Source: Synechococcales cyanobacterium VAR_4_metabat_354
Lineage (GTDB): Bacteria; Cyanobacteriota; Cyanobacteriia; Cyanobacteriales; Chamaesiphonaceae
Reading direction: 5' to 3'
Length of the DNA stretch: 64,000 nucleotides
Assembly (NCBI GenBank): GCA_031414775.1
Contig: JANOQI010000041.1
Span: 1-64,000, forward strand
The translations under genes were made by a program, and so were the position numbers. The stretch's first letter is position 1. Each line of letters starts with the position of its first letter. The notes beneath the pieces were generated by a model that had not been told where the DNA came from, did no database searches, and saw nothing but the letters and a program-made list of their open reading frames with translations. Below are positions 20,446 to 29,650 of the stretch, piece by piece.

Positions 20446-20510
20446 AATTGCAAGAGTGATAGTTTATAAGATTGATAGTTTGCACTAAATATTAATACAA
20501 CGGGGTAGCT

Positions 20511-21278
20511 TTGATGGGTAGAGTAGCAGCCAAAGCATGCGTGGTCACCGGTGCTGGATCGGGAATTGGGCAGGCGATCGCGGAGCGATTGGCTTTAGAA
20601 GGAGGTAAAGTGCTGTGTGTGGATATCAATGAAGCCGCAGTGGCAGCAACGGTGCAGGGTATTCAGGCTGCTGGCGGGGTCGCGGCGGTGGTGGTTGCTG
20701 ATGTGAGTGACTCATCTGCTGCTGATAACTTTGTACAGCGCTGTGTCGATTTATATGGTCGGATTGATGTGTTGGTGAACAATGCTGGTGTTAATCTGCC
20801 CGGGGTTTTTCACGAGGTGAGCAATGAGGTGATCGATCGAACCTTAAATGTAAATGTCAAAGGCTCCATTTATGGTAGCCGAGCGGCGATTCCGCATATG
20901 CTACGGCAGCAAGCTGGCTCGATCATCAACATGTCGAGCGTGAATGGGTTAGTGGCCGAGCCGTTCTTGTCTATATACGCAACTTCTAAGGGGGCGATCG
21001 TGATGCTCACCAAAGGTATTGCTTTGGATTATGCCAAGCAGGGAATTCGCTGCAATTGCATTTGCCCGGGCTGGGTGGATACGCCGATTAATTACGCCCA
21101 TGCCGAGATGATGGGCGGACTGGAAAAAATTTATGCTTCGATCGATCAATTTCAGCCGATCGGTCGTCCGGGTGCACCCAGTGAAATTGCTAACTTAGCC
21201 TTATTTTTGGCTTCCGATGAAGCCTCTTTTATGACTGGGTCGATTATTACCGCCGATGGGGGAATGACAATTCATTAG
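20511..21278 (+). CDS. Short-chain dehydrogenase/reductase
   Basis: TGAGSGIG, NNAG, YATSKGA. Confidence 0.9.
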   Translation: MMGRVAAKACVVTGAGSGIGQAIAERLALEGGKVLCVDINEAAVAATVQGIQAAGGVAAVVVADVSDSSAADNFVQRCVDLYGRIDVLVNNAGVNLPGVFHEVSNEVIDRTLNVNVKGSIYGSRAAIPHMLRQQAGSIINMSSVNGLVAEPFLSIYATSKGAIVMLTKGIALDYAKQGIRCNCICPGWVDTPINYAHAEMMGGLEKIYASIDQFQPIGRPGAPSEIANLALFLASDEASFMTGSIITADGGMTIH

Positions 21279-21398
21279 TCTTGTGGTGCAGCTTTTTCTC
21301 CAACATAGTAGAACTCGCTGATCCTGTATGATCTGAAAATTATTTCTACCAACTTCAGAACTAATCATACTAATTATCAATTTAGAGGGAGAACATCC

Positions 21399-21764
21399 AT
21401 GACTAAAACTAAAATTGCCACCACTGCTGATATCAGCACCGGTAAAGTCCTAAAAGCTAGTGCTAACGGCCAATCTGTCCTAGTAGCGAAGGTTGGGGAT
21501 AAATATTGTTCGATCGCTAATAAATGCCCACACCTGGGTCTGCCCCTGGCCAAGGGTAAATTTGAAAACGGCGTGATTACCTGCCCTTTTCATGGCTCCA
21601 AGTTTGAAATCTGCACTGGCAAAAACACTGAGTGGGTCGAGTCTTTTGTAGGTATTCCACTACCTGGTGTTGCTAAGAAAATGATGGCAATGGGTAAAGC
21701 CCCTACTGATGTGGCGAACTTTGCTGTGACCCAAGAAGGAGAAGATTTATTCATTGATGCTTAA
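21399..21764 (+). CDS. Rieske-type [2Fe-2S] ferredoxin
   Basis: CPH...CPFH motifs; GGAG ribosome-binding site upstream. Confidence 0.88.
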   Translation: MTKTKIATTADISTGKVLKASANGQSVLVAKVGDKYCSIANKCPHLGLPLAKGKFENGVITCPFHGSKFEICTGKNTEWVESFVGIPLPGVAKKMMAMGKAPTDVANFAVTQEGEDLFIDA

Positions 21765-21792
21765 TATCTAAAGCACTACATCTTCAGGTTCT

Positions 21793-21836
21793 AAACCCTC
21801 TTGGCCTCTCTAAAAAATAGGGGCTGAGGGGTTTTT
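21793..21836 (+). terminator. Probable terminator after the Rieske ferredoxin
   Basis: AAACCCTCTTGGCCTC...GGGGCTGAGGGGTTT imperfect stem with T-run. Confidence 0.55.
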
Positions 21837-22004
21837 AATTTACACCGGCTGTTGAAAGACAGTGCCAGTGTCCGCTGGTATCGATTTAAATTATCGATGC
21901 GGAGAAAATTCCCCCGCGTTAGGATAGAGATGATAGTAATCTATTGTGCTATGGGTGTCTAAGTTTGACTTCATAGCAGTAGTACGTTCTCAGGAAGGTA
22001 CATT

Positions 22005-23036
22005 ATGGTCGCTCACACTCCGACTGCGGAAAATCTCACCCAAGAACTACAAACTGCGGTCGCTGATTTACGTCAGGTCAATTCTCTCGTCGGTCTACTA
22101 CGGTTCATGACGATCGGAGCAATATTTCTCGGTTTGGTGTTGCTGGCTTGGTCAACGACCAATCTGGTGGCGTTTGTGGTGATTACAACAGTTGCAGGCA
22201 TCTTTTACGCGTTTTGGACGATCTGTAGTCACGATATGATCCACCAAACACTAACGGGCTGGCCATGGTTTGAGGCCATCATGCCCCGTCTGACGACTTG
22301 GCCAATGCTTTGGCCTTATGGCCTGTACGCGACGCTTCATCCTTTGCACCACGGCTGGAATGGCATCGACTTGCGCGACCCAGAGCGGGTGCAGTGGACT
22401 GCAACGGAGTATCAAATGGCTAATCCGTTACTGCGTTGGTATATCAGTCATCAATGGCTGGTAGATATTTTCGTGTGGGGTGGTATTGGACTGATTATCA
22501 AAACCTGTGCCAATGCTTGGCAGTTAAGAACTGTACTGCCGCAATTGCGATCGCAGTTTTGGATCGATCTGCTGGGCATACTGGTTATTCAGAGCGGATT
22601 GTTGGCTTTTTTTAGCTATCAGGGTGAAGTTGGTCGCTATGTGTTGTGCTGGTTGGTTTTGGAACGGTCTGCTGGTGTGATTATACAAGCGCGCGATCAT
22701 CTGGAGCACTATGGCTTGTGGGGTAAAACCAATAGCTACCAACTAACACAACTCTACGCCTGTCGCAATTTGAGGACTTATCTTTGGGTCAGCTGGCTAA
22801 TGGGCGGATTGGATTATCACGCCGTCCACCATGCTTTCCCAGATATTCCATTCGATCGCTTGCCGGAGGCTTTCCAGCGGATTCAGCATGTTTTAGAACG
22901 GCACGGTTTGCCACTCATGTTGCAAGGGGGAGGTTATTGGCAGGAAATTTTTCAATTAAGCCAGCACCCTGTAACGATCGGCGCAGTCAATTCCCAAGAT
23001 CTAACGGGTCGTTGTTACTTGATCGACTGTTCCTAG
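22005..23036 (+). CDS. Membrane fatty-acid desaturase-like di-iron enzyme
   Basis: Three His boxes HDMIH, HPLHH, HAVHH, plus hydrophobic segments. Confidence 0.85.
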   Translation: MVAHTPTAENLTQELQTAVADLRQVNSLVGLLRFMTIGAIFLGLVLLAWSTTNLVAFVVITTVAGIFYAFWTICSHDMIHQTLTGWPWFEAIMPRLTTWPMLWPYGLYATLHPLHHGWNGIDLRDPERVQWTATEYQMANPLLRWYISHQWLVDIFVWGGIGLIIKTCANAWQLRTVLPQLRSQFWIDLLGILVIQSGLLAFFSYQGEVGRYVLCWLVLERSAGVIIQARDHLEHYGLWGKTNSYQLTQLYACRNLRTYLWVSWLMGGLDYHAVHHAFPDIPFDRLPEAFQRIQHVLERHGLPLMLQGGGYWQEIFQLSQHPVTIGAVNSQDLTGRCYLIDCS

Positions 23037-23377
23037 GGCTTTAGTTCTGGTGGTAATAGGAAGGAACCATCGGCCTCTGATTCGAGATCGATCGCTTGCA
23101 CTACAGCATCAATATTTAACTCGCCGTAGATATGCGGGAAGAGATTATTATTCTCAGCACCTTCATAGCGAATTTCTGGTTGAACGCGATCGCTATCAAT
23201 GACTAAAATAACTAAATTTTTTTGACCTTGAAAGAACCGATTAGCTGATCCGACTGCTTGGGTCGCTGTAGAACAATGGATGAATCCTTCGGTGCCTAGG
23301 GTTTCACTCCGATAGGTGCCTAGGTTTTTGGCTGTTTCCCATTGTTGGCGTTGGGTGATGTGTAGTATTTTGTTCAT
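23033..23377 (-). CDS. DUF952 protein
   Basis: I.HI.....W, EGFIHCS...Q, FPHIYG.LN.DAV. Confidence 0.85.
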   Translation of the reverse strand: MNKILHITQRQQWETAKNLGTYRSETLGTEGFIHCSTATQAVGSANRFFQGQKNLVILVIDSDRVQPEIRYEGAENNNLFPHIYGELNIDAVVQAIDLESEADGSFLLPPELKP

Positions 23378-23401
23378 GGCTAATTTGACGCTCCTGATAT
23401 C

Positions 23402-24229
23402 CTAAAGAATTTTTTCCAGGCCGTAAATCAACGATTTTAGAGCCAAAATCTGACGAATTGCCAACAACACCCCCGGCATATAACAAGCCCGATCCATTGT
23501 GTCATGGCGGAGCGTATAAATTTGACCAGGAGCACCAAACAGAATTTCTTGATGAGCAATGAATCCCGGCAACCGCACGCTATGAATCCGAATATTTTCG
23601 TTAGCCTGCGCTCCCCGTGCCCCCACCATTTTCTCAGTTTCAGTCACCAGCGGCTTGTTAAAAGTCTGCCCCAGTTCACCCAACAGTTGAGCCGTCTGTA
23701 CCGCTGTTCCACTGGGGGCATCAGCCTTCTGGTTATGATGCAACTCAATAATCTCAACATTCTCAAAATATTTAGCCGCTTGAACTGCCGCTTGCTGCAT
23801 CAAAACCACTCCGATCGAGAAATTGGGAATAATTAGGCAACCAGTGCTAGCCTTATCGGCAAACTCCGTCAATTCTTGCATCTGCCGCTCGCTTAAACCT
23901 GTGGTGCCTACCACTGGCCTTACCCCGTAGGCAATCGCCGATCGCACATTTTCATATACCCCGTCAGGATGGGTAAAATCTACCATCACTGCTGGTTGTT
24001 TTTGCTGGGAAGCTATGGCCAATGTCGCCTGGAGATCGTTCAATACCGGAATTTCCAATTCGCCACAACCAGCGATCTCACCAATATCTTGACCTTGGAT
24101 GTGGGGATTTCGATCGATCGCCCCAAACAGCACCATATCTTCAGCCTGGGCGATGGCTTTAATTACTTCTAAACCCATTTTGCCAGCGGCACCATTGACT
24201 ACAACTGGAATAGGAGATGGATTACTCAT
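23402..24229 (-). CDS. dapB: 4-hydroxy-tetrahydrodipicolinate reductase
   Basis: [36 protein letters not shown]. Confidence 0.96.
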   Translation of the reverse strand: MSNPSPIPVVVNGAAGKMGLEVIKAIAQAEDMVLFGAIDRNPHIQGQDIGEIAGCGELEIPVLNDLQATLAIASQQKQPAVMVDFTHPDGVYENVRSAIAYGVRPVVGTTGLSERQMQELTEFADKASTGCLIIPNFSIGVVLMQQAAVQAAKYFENVEIIELHHNQKADAPSGTAVQTAQLLGELGQTFNKPLVTETEKMVGARGAQANENIRIHSVRLPGFIAHQEILFGAPGQIYTLRHDTMDRACYMPGVLLAIRQILALKSLIYGLEKIL

Positions 24230-24321
24230 GGGGTCATGCTCAGCAAAATATCATTGCTCAGTCTAGCAAAATTTGCCCTCCTGCAACCGCTCGGATGGGA
24301 CTAGCCTTATTCCAGCAAAAA

Positions 24322-24645
24322 CTAGTGTCCAGCTTTGAGCAACACCACACCAGCGATAATGCAACCGATCGCGATGAAGCGGGTGAAATGTGTGGAGTCA
24401 TGATAAACCAGCACTCCGACTAAAAATGTGCCAGCCGCACCAATGCCTGTCCAAACGGCATAGGCGGTACCGATCGGGATTTCTTTTTGAGCAAACCACA
24501 ACAGTCCCCCACTCAACGCAAAAGAGACCAAAGACAAAATAACACCAGGCCAAGTTTGGCTGGGACTTTGAGACATCTTCAGTCCAATTGGCCAGCCTAT
24601 TTCGGCAATACCGGCTAACAACAAAGCCATCCAAGCTGTACTCAT
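24322..24645 (-). CDS. SMR-family small multidrug/guanidinium exporter (SugE/Gdx-like)
   Basis: AW..L..AG..EI.W...LK, IPIGTAYAVWTGIGA.G; four TM helices. Confidence 0.85.
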   Translation of the reverse strand: MSTAWMALLLAGIAEIGWPIGLKMSQSPSQTWPGVILSLVSFALSGGLLWFAQKEIPIGTAYAVWTGIGAAGTFLVGVLVYHDSTHFTRFIAIGCIIAGVVLLKAGH

Positions 24646-25013
24646 GTAATTTTTGATGCGTTGGTTAATTTAGTTACCTTCAATGTCAACCAATCTAGTC
24701 CAAGTGTTGGAGGGCTGTATAGTAATAGGGCTAAATGGGAATTTCTTTGACCCCATAATCTTTATCTAATTTCATGCTAACAGCAAACGTTCGATCGACT
24801 TGATCCAATTTGGGCATTTCTGGGTGGGATTGTGCTGAGATATGGGGGCGATTTACTGAAGTTTCTGGGTCAATTTGGTACACAACGCTTGACCTCTATC
24901 CTGACAATCGCCGAAACCAACCCGGTTTATAGTGCGATGTGTTGGGAACTCGATCGGAATTGGAATTTTTTCTGCTTCGCTGGATTGTACAACTTAGCTC
25001 AATGCCAATAATT

Positions 25014-25781
25014 TTAGCTTTGGGCATACCCAGCATCTACTACTATTGTTTGACGAGTAATCACTTTCGAGGTGTCGGAAGCTAGAAATAAATAAGTTCC
25101 AACCAACTCATCTGGCGTGATTTCAATGGGGATAGATTGCTGTTCATATAAATTCTTTTGCTTGGCTTCTGGTGTTACCAATTGCTCAATCTGCCTTTCG
25201 GTCATTGTCCAACCTGGAGCTACGGCATTAACTCGGATATGGTGTTTTCCCACCGCCTCCGCCAAGCTGCGAACCATCCCAATAATTGCTGCTTTAGTTG
25301 CATTGTAGGCAATCATTTCTGGTTTAGCAACCCAGACAACGTGAGAACTGGTCATAATAATACTACCTTGACTAGCTTTAATCATATCTGGTAAAAGTTC
25401 GCGGCAAGTCACAAAGTAATGCACTACATTCAGTTGAAATAAGTCGTTCCATTGCTTTTCAGACATTTCCAATAATGGATATCTTGGATCGTACCCAGCA
25501 TTATTGATTAAAACATCGACCACTTTTTTTTCTTTTCTGATTTCACCTAATATTTCTGTCAGCGCTAAGGTATTAGTTAAGTCTACAGAGTAGAAATTAA
25601 CATTGCCTTCCAACTGTTCACATTCTTGAGCTACTATCAAGCCTTTCTTGTGATCTTTATCAAGAATAGTTACATTAGAACCCTGTTGAGCAAAAGCGCG
25701 AGTCAAAGCTTCTCCAATGCCATTACAACCACCAGTGATCAGGACGTGCTTGTTTTTTAAATCGGGATAAATCGGATGCAT
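25014..25781 (-). CDS. SDR oxidoreductase, resembling aldose/xylose 1-dehydrogenase-type SDRs
   Basis: IYPDLK.K.VLITGG..GIG, NNAG.D.R, YNATKA, IRVN.V.PGW.MTERQ. Confidence 0.85.
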   Translation of the reverse strand: MHPIYPDLKNKHVLITGGCNGIGEALTRAFAQQGSNVTILDKDHKKGLIVAQECEQLEGNVNFYSVDLTNTLALTEILGEIRKEKKVVDVLINNAGYDPRYPLLEMSEKQWNDLFQLNVVHYFVTCRELLPDMIKASQGSIIMTSSHVVWVAKPEMIAYNATKAAIIGMVRSLAEAVGKHHIRVNAVAPGWTMTERQIEQLVTPEAKQKNLYEQQSIPIEITPDELVGTYLFLASDTSKVITRQTIVVDAGYAQS

Positions 25782-25846
25782 ATTTTTCCTGTTATTGTGA
25801 TATTTAAGAACATGTATGATAAAGATTAAAATATAAATAATTTATC

Positions 25847-26650
25847 TCAAATCGCATTTTCAGTTAGCCAATTTTTGCTCGTAGTAACATATGATTTTAT
25901 TTCATCCAAGCTACCCATAACTACAGATCCAGGAGTTTGTCGAGGGTAAGCACATTCAACTATGATTGGGTTAGCATATTGAATACTATCTAAAGCTGCA
26001 ATGTGCTTAGCAAAATCAATATGCCCAAAGCCAATTCCTTTTCTATTGGAATCAGATATTTGATATATGCTGAGTTTACTTCCGCACTGAATTATTGCCT
26101 TGATTGGATCTTTTTCTTCAAGATTCATATGAAATGCATCCAAAATAATAGTCATGTTTGAGGCATTAATTTGACTCAGCATAGAAAGAACATCGGTACT
26201 TTCGAGGATAAAACGGCACAAGTAGCGATTTAGTGGCTCAAAACCCAAATTAATATTAAATTGCTGAGCATAAGTAGCTAGCTGCTGACAGGATTCTATC
26301 AATAATTCTATAGAGCCTAAATAAGTGCCCATTTGGGGCTGAATATATTCATGGCAAGTAACAGTTGGATGACCTAATTCAGCACCATAATCAATTAATC
26401 TCTTGTAATAATCAAGAGCAAAATTTCTAATATTGGAATCGTTAGCAGCTAAATCTACGTTACCTGGAGTAAGAGAATAAATTTCCAAATCTCTATCTGT
26501 AAAAACTTTCCTAGCATATTGGCTGGAAATGCGGTCAATGTCTACAAAAAGTTCTACACCATCAAATTTAATTTCAGCAATTATATCGGCGATGTCAGCT
26601 AGGTCAATGTCCCCAAAACTCCACGTAGTTACACCAATTTTTCTTTTCAT
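25847..26650 (-). CDS. Sugar phosphate isomerase/epimerase TIM barrel (ketose 3-epimerase/IolO-like)
   Basis: FEPLNRY, DAFHMNLEE, SDSNR...G.GHIDF, IIVE metal-binding pattern. Confidence 0.85.
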   Translation of the reverse strand: MKRKIGVTTWSFGDIDLADIADIIAEIKFDGVELFVDIDRISSQYARKVFTDRDLEIYSLTPGNVDLAANDSNIRNFALDYYKRLIDYGAELGHPTVTCHEYIQPQMGTYLGSIELLIESCQQLATYAQQFNINLGFEPLNRYLCRFILESTDVLSMLSQINASNMTIILDAFHMNLEEKDPIKAIIQCGSKLSIYQISDSNRKGIGFGHIDFAKHIAALDSIQYANPIIVECAYPRQTPGSVVMGSLDEIKSYVTTSKNWLTENAI

Positions 26651-26733
26651 ATTTTAGTACTAATTAAATTGACAACTGGATTGAAAAAAAACACAAAAAT
26701 TTCTGGCTAAGACTAAAAGCATACTCTACACAC

Positions 26734-27960
26734 TTATTTTACTAAGGTACGCATTTTGGGCAAAAGTATATTCATTAAGCCAAATATAACAGTAGAAAAA
26801 CAGGCACTTACATAAAAAACCCCTTGCAGTCCCCAAACACTAAATGCTGTTCCAGCTAAGACTGGTCCCAATGCTTGTCCTAACGATAAAGCTGTAGCAT
26901 TGACTGCCATAAATCCAGCTCGATATTCTTGTGGTGCTAATCCACCTAACAAAGCTTGAGTTGAAGGAAAAATCATGCCATGTGCGGCTCCAAACAACAG
27001 GCTAGGAATCAGCAATAACCAAACATTATGCAAAGCAGGGGTAATTATTAGCGCTACCATATAGACAATAAAAGAAACTTTTACTAGCATCACCTCTGAA
27101 AGTGACTGGGTGAATAGTGCAAGTTGTGAAGACACAAAAGCCATTGATAGCGCCATGCTTGCTAGAATGATGCCAATGACTACATTGGAAGCTCCTAAGG
27201 TATCACTTGCCAAAATAGGAATGTAAGTAAAATAGGCACCAAATAAAAGAATAAATAAGGCAACTACAGCAATTAGCAATCCAATTACTTGACGGTTGTC
27301 AATACTGCACCAAATTTTTTGCAAATAATCTTGATAATACGAGTCTGATTTCTTTTGCAGCTCGGGTACCTGGAGAAAAAATAGCACTAAAATTCCAATC
27401 GGGATTGCAGTTAATGACATGAGAAAAGGATACCGCCATCCAAGTGTTGCTAGCCCTCCACATAGCAGTGGATACAACGCTAAGCTAATACCGATCGCGC
27501 TACCATTGAATGCCATCGCTGATGTTAGTGCTTTCCCGGCATAAAGATCGCTGATCAATGTCAGCGCTAGCGATTCTAAAGGAGCAGCACCGATTCCTTG
27601 CAAAAAGCGCATCTCTAACAAAGTACGGAAATTGTAGCTAAAGGCACAAGCAACGCCAGCAAATGCGAATAACAATAGTGCTGGCACCAAAATCTGCTTC
27701 CGTCCAAAGCGATCTGCTAATATTCCAGACACTGGAGTTCCAAGTGCGATCGGAATAACAAATGCTGTAATTATCCATCCAATTTGTTCGGGAGGAATTT
27801 TAAAATCTTCTGCTATTGCAGGTAATGCTGGTCCAATACTACTAGAACCTAAAACGGCTATCAACGTGACCGTAATGACGATTTGGAGGTTTCTATCATG
27901 ATGAACATTGCTGGGATATGTGCTTGTCTCACGATTATTTGGTGTTTTCAAGAACTTCAT
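26734..27960 (-). CDS. MFS transporter (DHA1-like, probable exporter)
   Basis: PALP.IA..F, G.LADRFGRK (motif A), RFLQGIG, GWRYPF; 12 TM helices. Confidence 0.88.
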   Translation of the reverse strand: MKFLKTPNNRETSTYPSNVHHDRNLQIVITVTLIAVLGSSSIGPALPAIAEDFKIPPEQIGWIITAFVIPIALGTPVSGILADRFGRKQILVPALLLFAFAGVACAFSYNFRTLLEMRFLQGIGAAPLESLALTLISDLYAGKALTSAMAFNGSAIGISLALYPLLCGGLATLGWRYPFLMSLTAIPIGILVLFFLQVPELQKKSDSYYQDYLQKIWCSIDNRQVIGLLIAVVALFILLFGAYFTYIPILASDTLGASNVVIGIILASMALSMAFVSSQLALFTQSLSEVMLVKVSFIVYMVALIITPALHNVWLLLIPSLLFGAAHGMIFPSTQALLGGLAPQEYRAGFMAVNATALSLGQALGPVLAGTAFSVWGLQGVFYVSACFSTVIFGLMNILLPKMRTLVK

Positions 27961-28081
27961 CTCTTCACAAACAGTTTATTAATCTAAAAGGGCGTGGCCA
28001 ATAACTCTAAACTGCCATTTATGACATTAGAGTTACAAAAATTCGGAAGTAGTCAAGCTATCTCACCGAAGTTGACCGTGT

Positions 28082-28123
28082 ACCTAGCTCACCTCAGATT
28101 TGACAATCTGAGATAAGCTAGGT
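28082..28123 (-). terminator. 19-bp stem-loop between the cyclase and MFS genes (terminator or mRNA-stabilising hairpin)
   Basis: ACCTAGCTCACCTCAGATT-TGAC-AATCTGAGATAAGCTAGGT. The two mismatches become G-U pairs on the minus (coding) strand. Confidence 0.55.
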
Positions 28124-28184
28124 TACAGAAAATATTTTTAATCTGGGGCTAAAACTTGCGGACTAAGACAAATGGTATTGCTTC

Positions 28185-29369
28185 CTAAGCAATCATCGAC
28201 AATTCGCGAGTTTTGGCATTTCTTTTCTGAGCCTCATATTGCAAATACTTCTCAATAACTTGCTTTACCAATTTTTGATCAACTGTAACTAGGTGGTCTC
28301 CTTCGGGATCACAGCATTGACCGATTTTATCCAGTAAAATGAAGCGTAGTTCTGTCCCTGTTTTTTTGTTGTCTGCAATCATTGCATCCATCAGCTTTTC
28401 AGCAGTTATGTATTCAGGAAGAAGATTATTAAACCCCAGCTTTTCGTCAATTACATAATAGTGTCGTTCTACATCTGCTTGCGAAATCAATCCCATTTCT
28501 TTGCCGAGTTCCGCCGCAATCTTCATGCCAAACGAAACAGCTTCCCCATGAGATATTCTGCCTTGTTCTAACCATTCAATTCCATGACCGAATGTGTGAC
28601 CATACTCAAGAATCAGCCCATAGTTTTTTTCGCTAGGATCTTGTTTGAGAATCTCTAATTTCGATAGAATTATTTTGTATGCAATTTCATGCAACTCTTG
28701 TGCAGAGAAATTTACTTCGGGGTTAAGAGATTTTTCTAAGTAACTTAGGAAGTTCTCATCAGAAATAAATCCATTTTTAATGCCTTCAATTATGCCACTG
28801 CGTCGCGAATTAACTGGGTCTGTCTTTAGATACTTCGTATCTGACCAAATAAATATTGGTGCATGGTAAAGACCGAAGTGATTTTTACCTGTTTTACCAT
28901 TAATAGCTTGTTTGTTGCTAAGTGTACTATCTGTTTGCCCCGTCATACTTGTCGGGACTTCGATAAAGCGAATGCCACGATAAATCAAGCCAGCCGCTAA
29001 ACCAACACAGTTGCCAACTGTTCCACCACCAAATGCTAGCAAAATAGATTTCTTTGATGCACCTTTAGCTATTAAGTTTTCGCAGGTTTCCTCTAAAACA
29101 GGGAAATATTTACATTTCTCTCCGGCAGGTACATATTCAAGCTCACAGGGATATTTAGCGCGAATTTTCTCGTATAGTTCTCTGCCGTATATCTCAAATA
29201 GATGTGGCTCAGTAAAGAAAAAGAGTTTGTCAAACTCATATTTGTCTAGCTCAGCAACAAAATTTTCTTGAATATCATATCCAAAATAAAAGGGGCTAGA
29301 TTGTTTTAAATGGGTGCTTAGTTGAATGACTTTCCCCGGTTCCCATTTCATTTTTTGGTCGTAATTCAT
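28185..29369 (-). CDS. Sugar-phosphate cyclase, 2-deoxy-scyllo-inosose synthase (BtrC)-like
   Basis: DHQS fold with DOIS-type residues: GGGTVGN, DSTLSNKQAIN, GKN, E..KN, D..EK..GLILEYGHTFGH.IE...QG.ISHGEAV, DNKK. Confidence 0.82.
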   Translation of the reverse strand: MNYDQKMKWEPGKVIQLSTHLKQSSPFYFGYDIQENFVAELDKYEFDKLFFFTEPHLFEIYGRELYEKIRAKYPCELEYVPAGEKCKYFPVLEETCENLIAKGASKKSILLAFGGGTVGNCVGLAAGLIYRGIRFIEVPTSMTGQTDSTLSNKQAINGKTGKNHFGLYHAPIFIWSDTKYLKTDPVNSRRSGIIEGIKNGFISDENFLSYLEKSLNPEVNFSAQELHEIAYKIILSKLEILKQDPSEKNYGLILEYGHTFGHGIEWLEQGRISHGEAVSFGMKIAAELGKEMGLISQADVERHYYVIDEKLGFNNLLPEYITAEKLMDAMIADNKKTGTELRFILLDKIGQCCDPEGDHLVTVDQKLVKQVIEKYLQYEAQKRNAKTRELSMIA

Positions 29370-29545
29370 GTTTATTTACCTTGAGTTTGCAGGAAAATTG
29401 TTTTTGCAATCTTGTCATTTATCCGCGAAGAAAATTTTACCTTCTCTTTTGAAGGGGAGAGACTTAAATTATGACTAGACAAAATTTAATGGCTAGATAC
29501 TATTAGAGATTTAGAATAAAAAGACTGATAGTATCTGCCTCTGTT

Positions 29546-29650
29546 TACAGCAATCCTAAGTTAGTTACCAGACATAAATCTGAGATTGTTTCTTTTCAAG
29601 ATAAGAGCTTTAGCCAAGACTGGCTAAAGAAATTATTTAGGATTGCTATA
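29546..29650. mobile_element. MITE-like 105-bp element with TA-ended terminal inverted repeats
   Basis: Left end TACAGCAATCCTAAGT against the reverse complement of the right end TATAGCAATCCTAAAT (14/16 identical); internal hairpin CTTTAGCCA-AGAC-TGGCTAAAG; no ORF. Confidence 0.55.

Noticed and set aside
24646..25013. Guanidine riboswitch or hidden gene upstream of the SMR exporter
   Set aside because: No ykkC or paired ACGR-loop hairpins found. A plus-strand open frame of about 75 codons (24781-25010) lacks a convincing start or recognisable motif.
25014..29369. Aminoglycoside or mycosporine (MAA) biosynthetic cluster
   Set aside because: No aminotransferase or glycosyltransferase for 2-deoxystreptamine products; no O-methyltransferase or ATP-grasp genes, and the cyclase motifs do not fit MAA synthesis.
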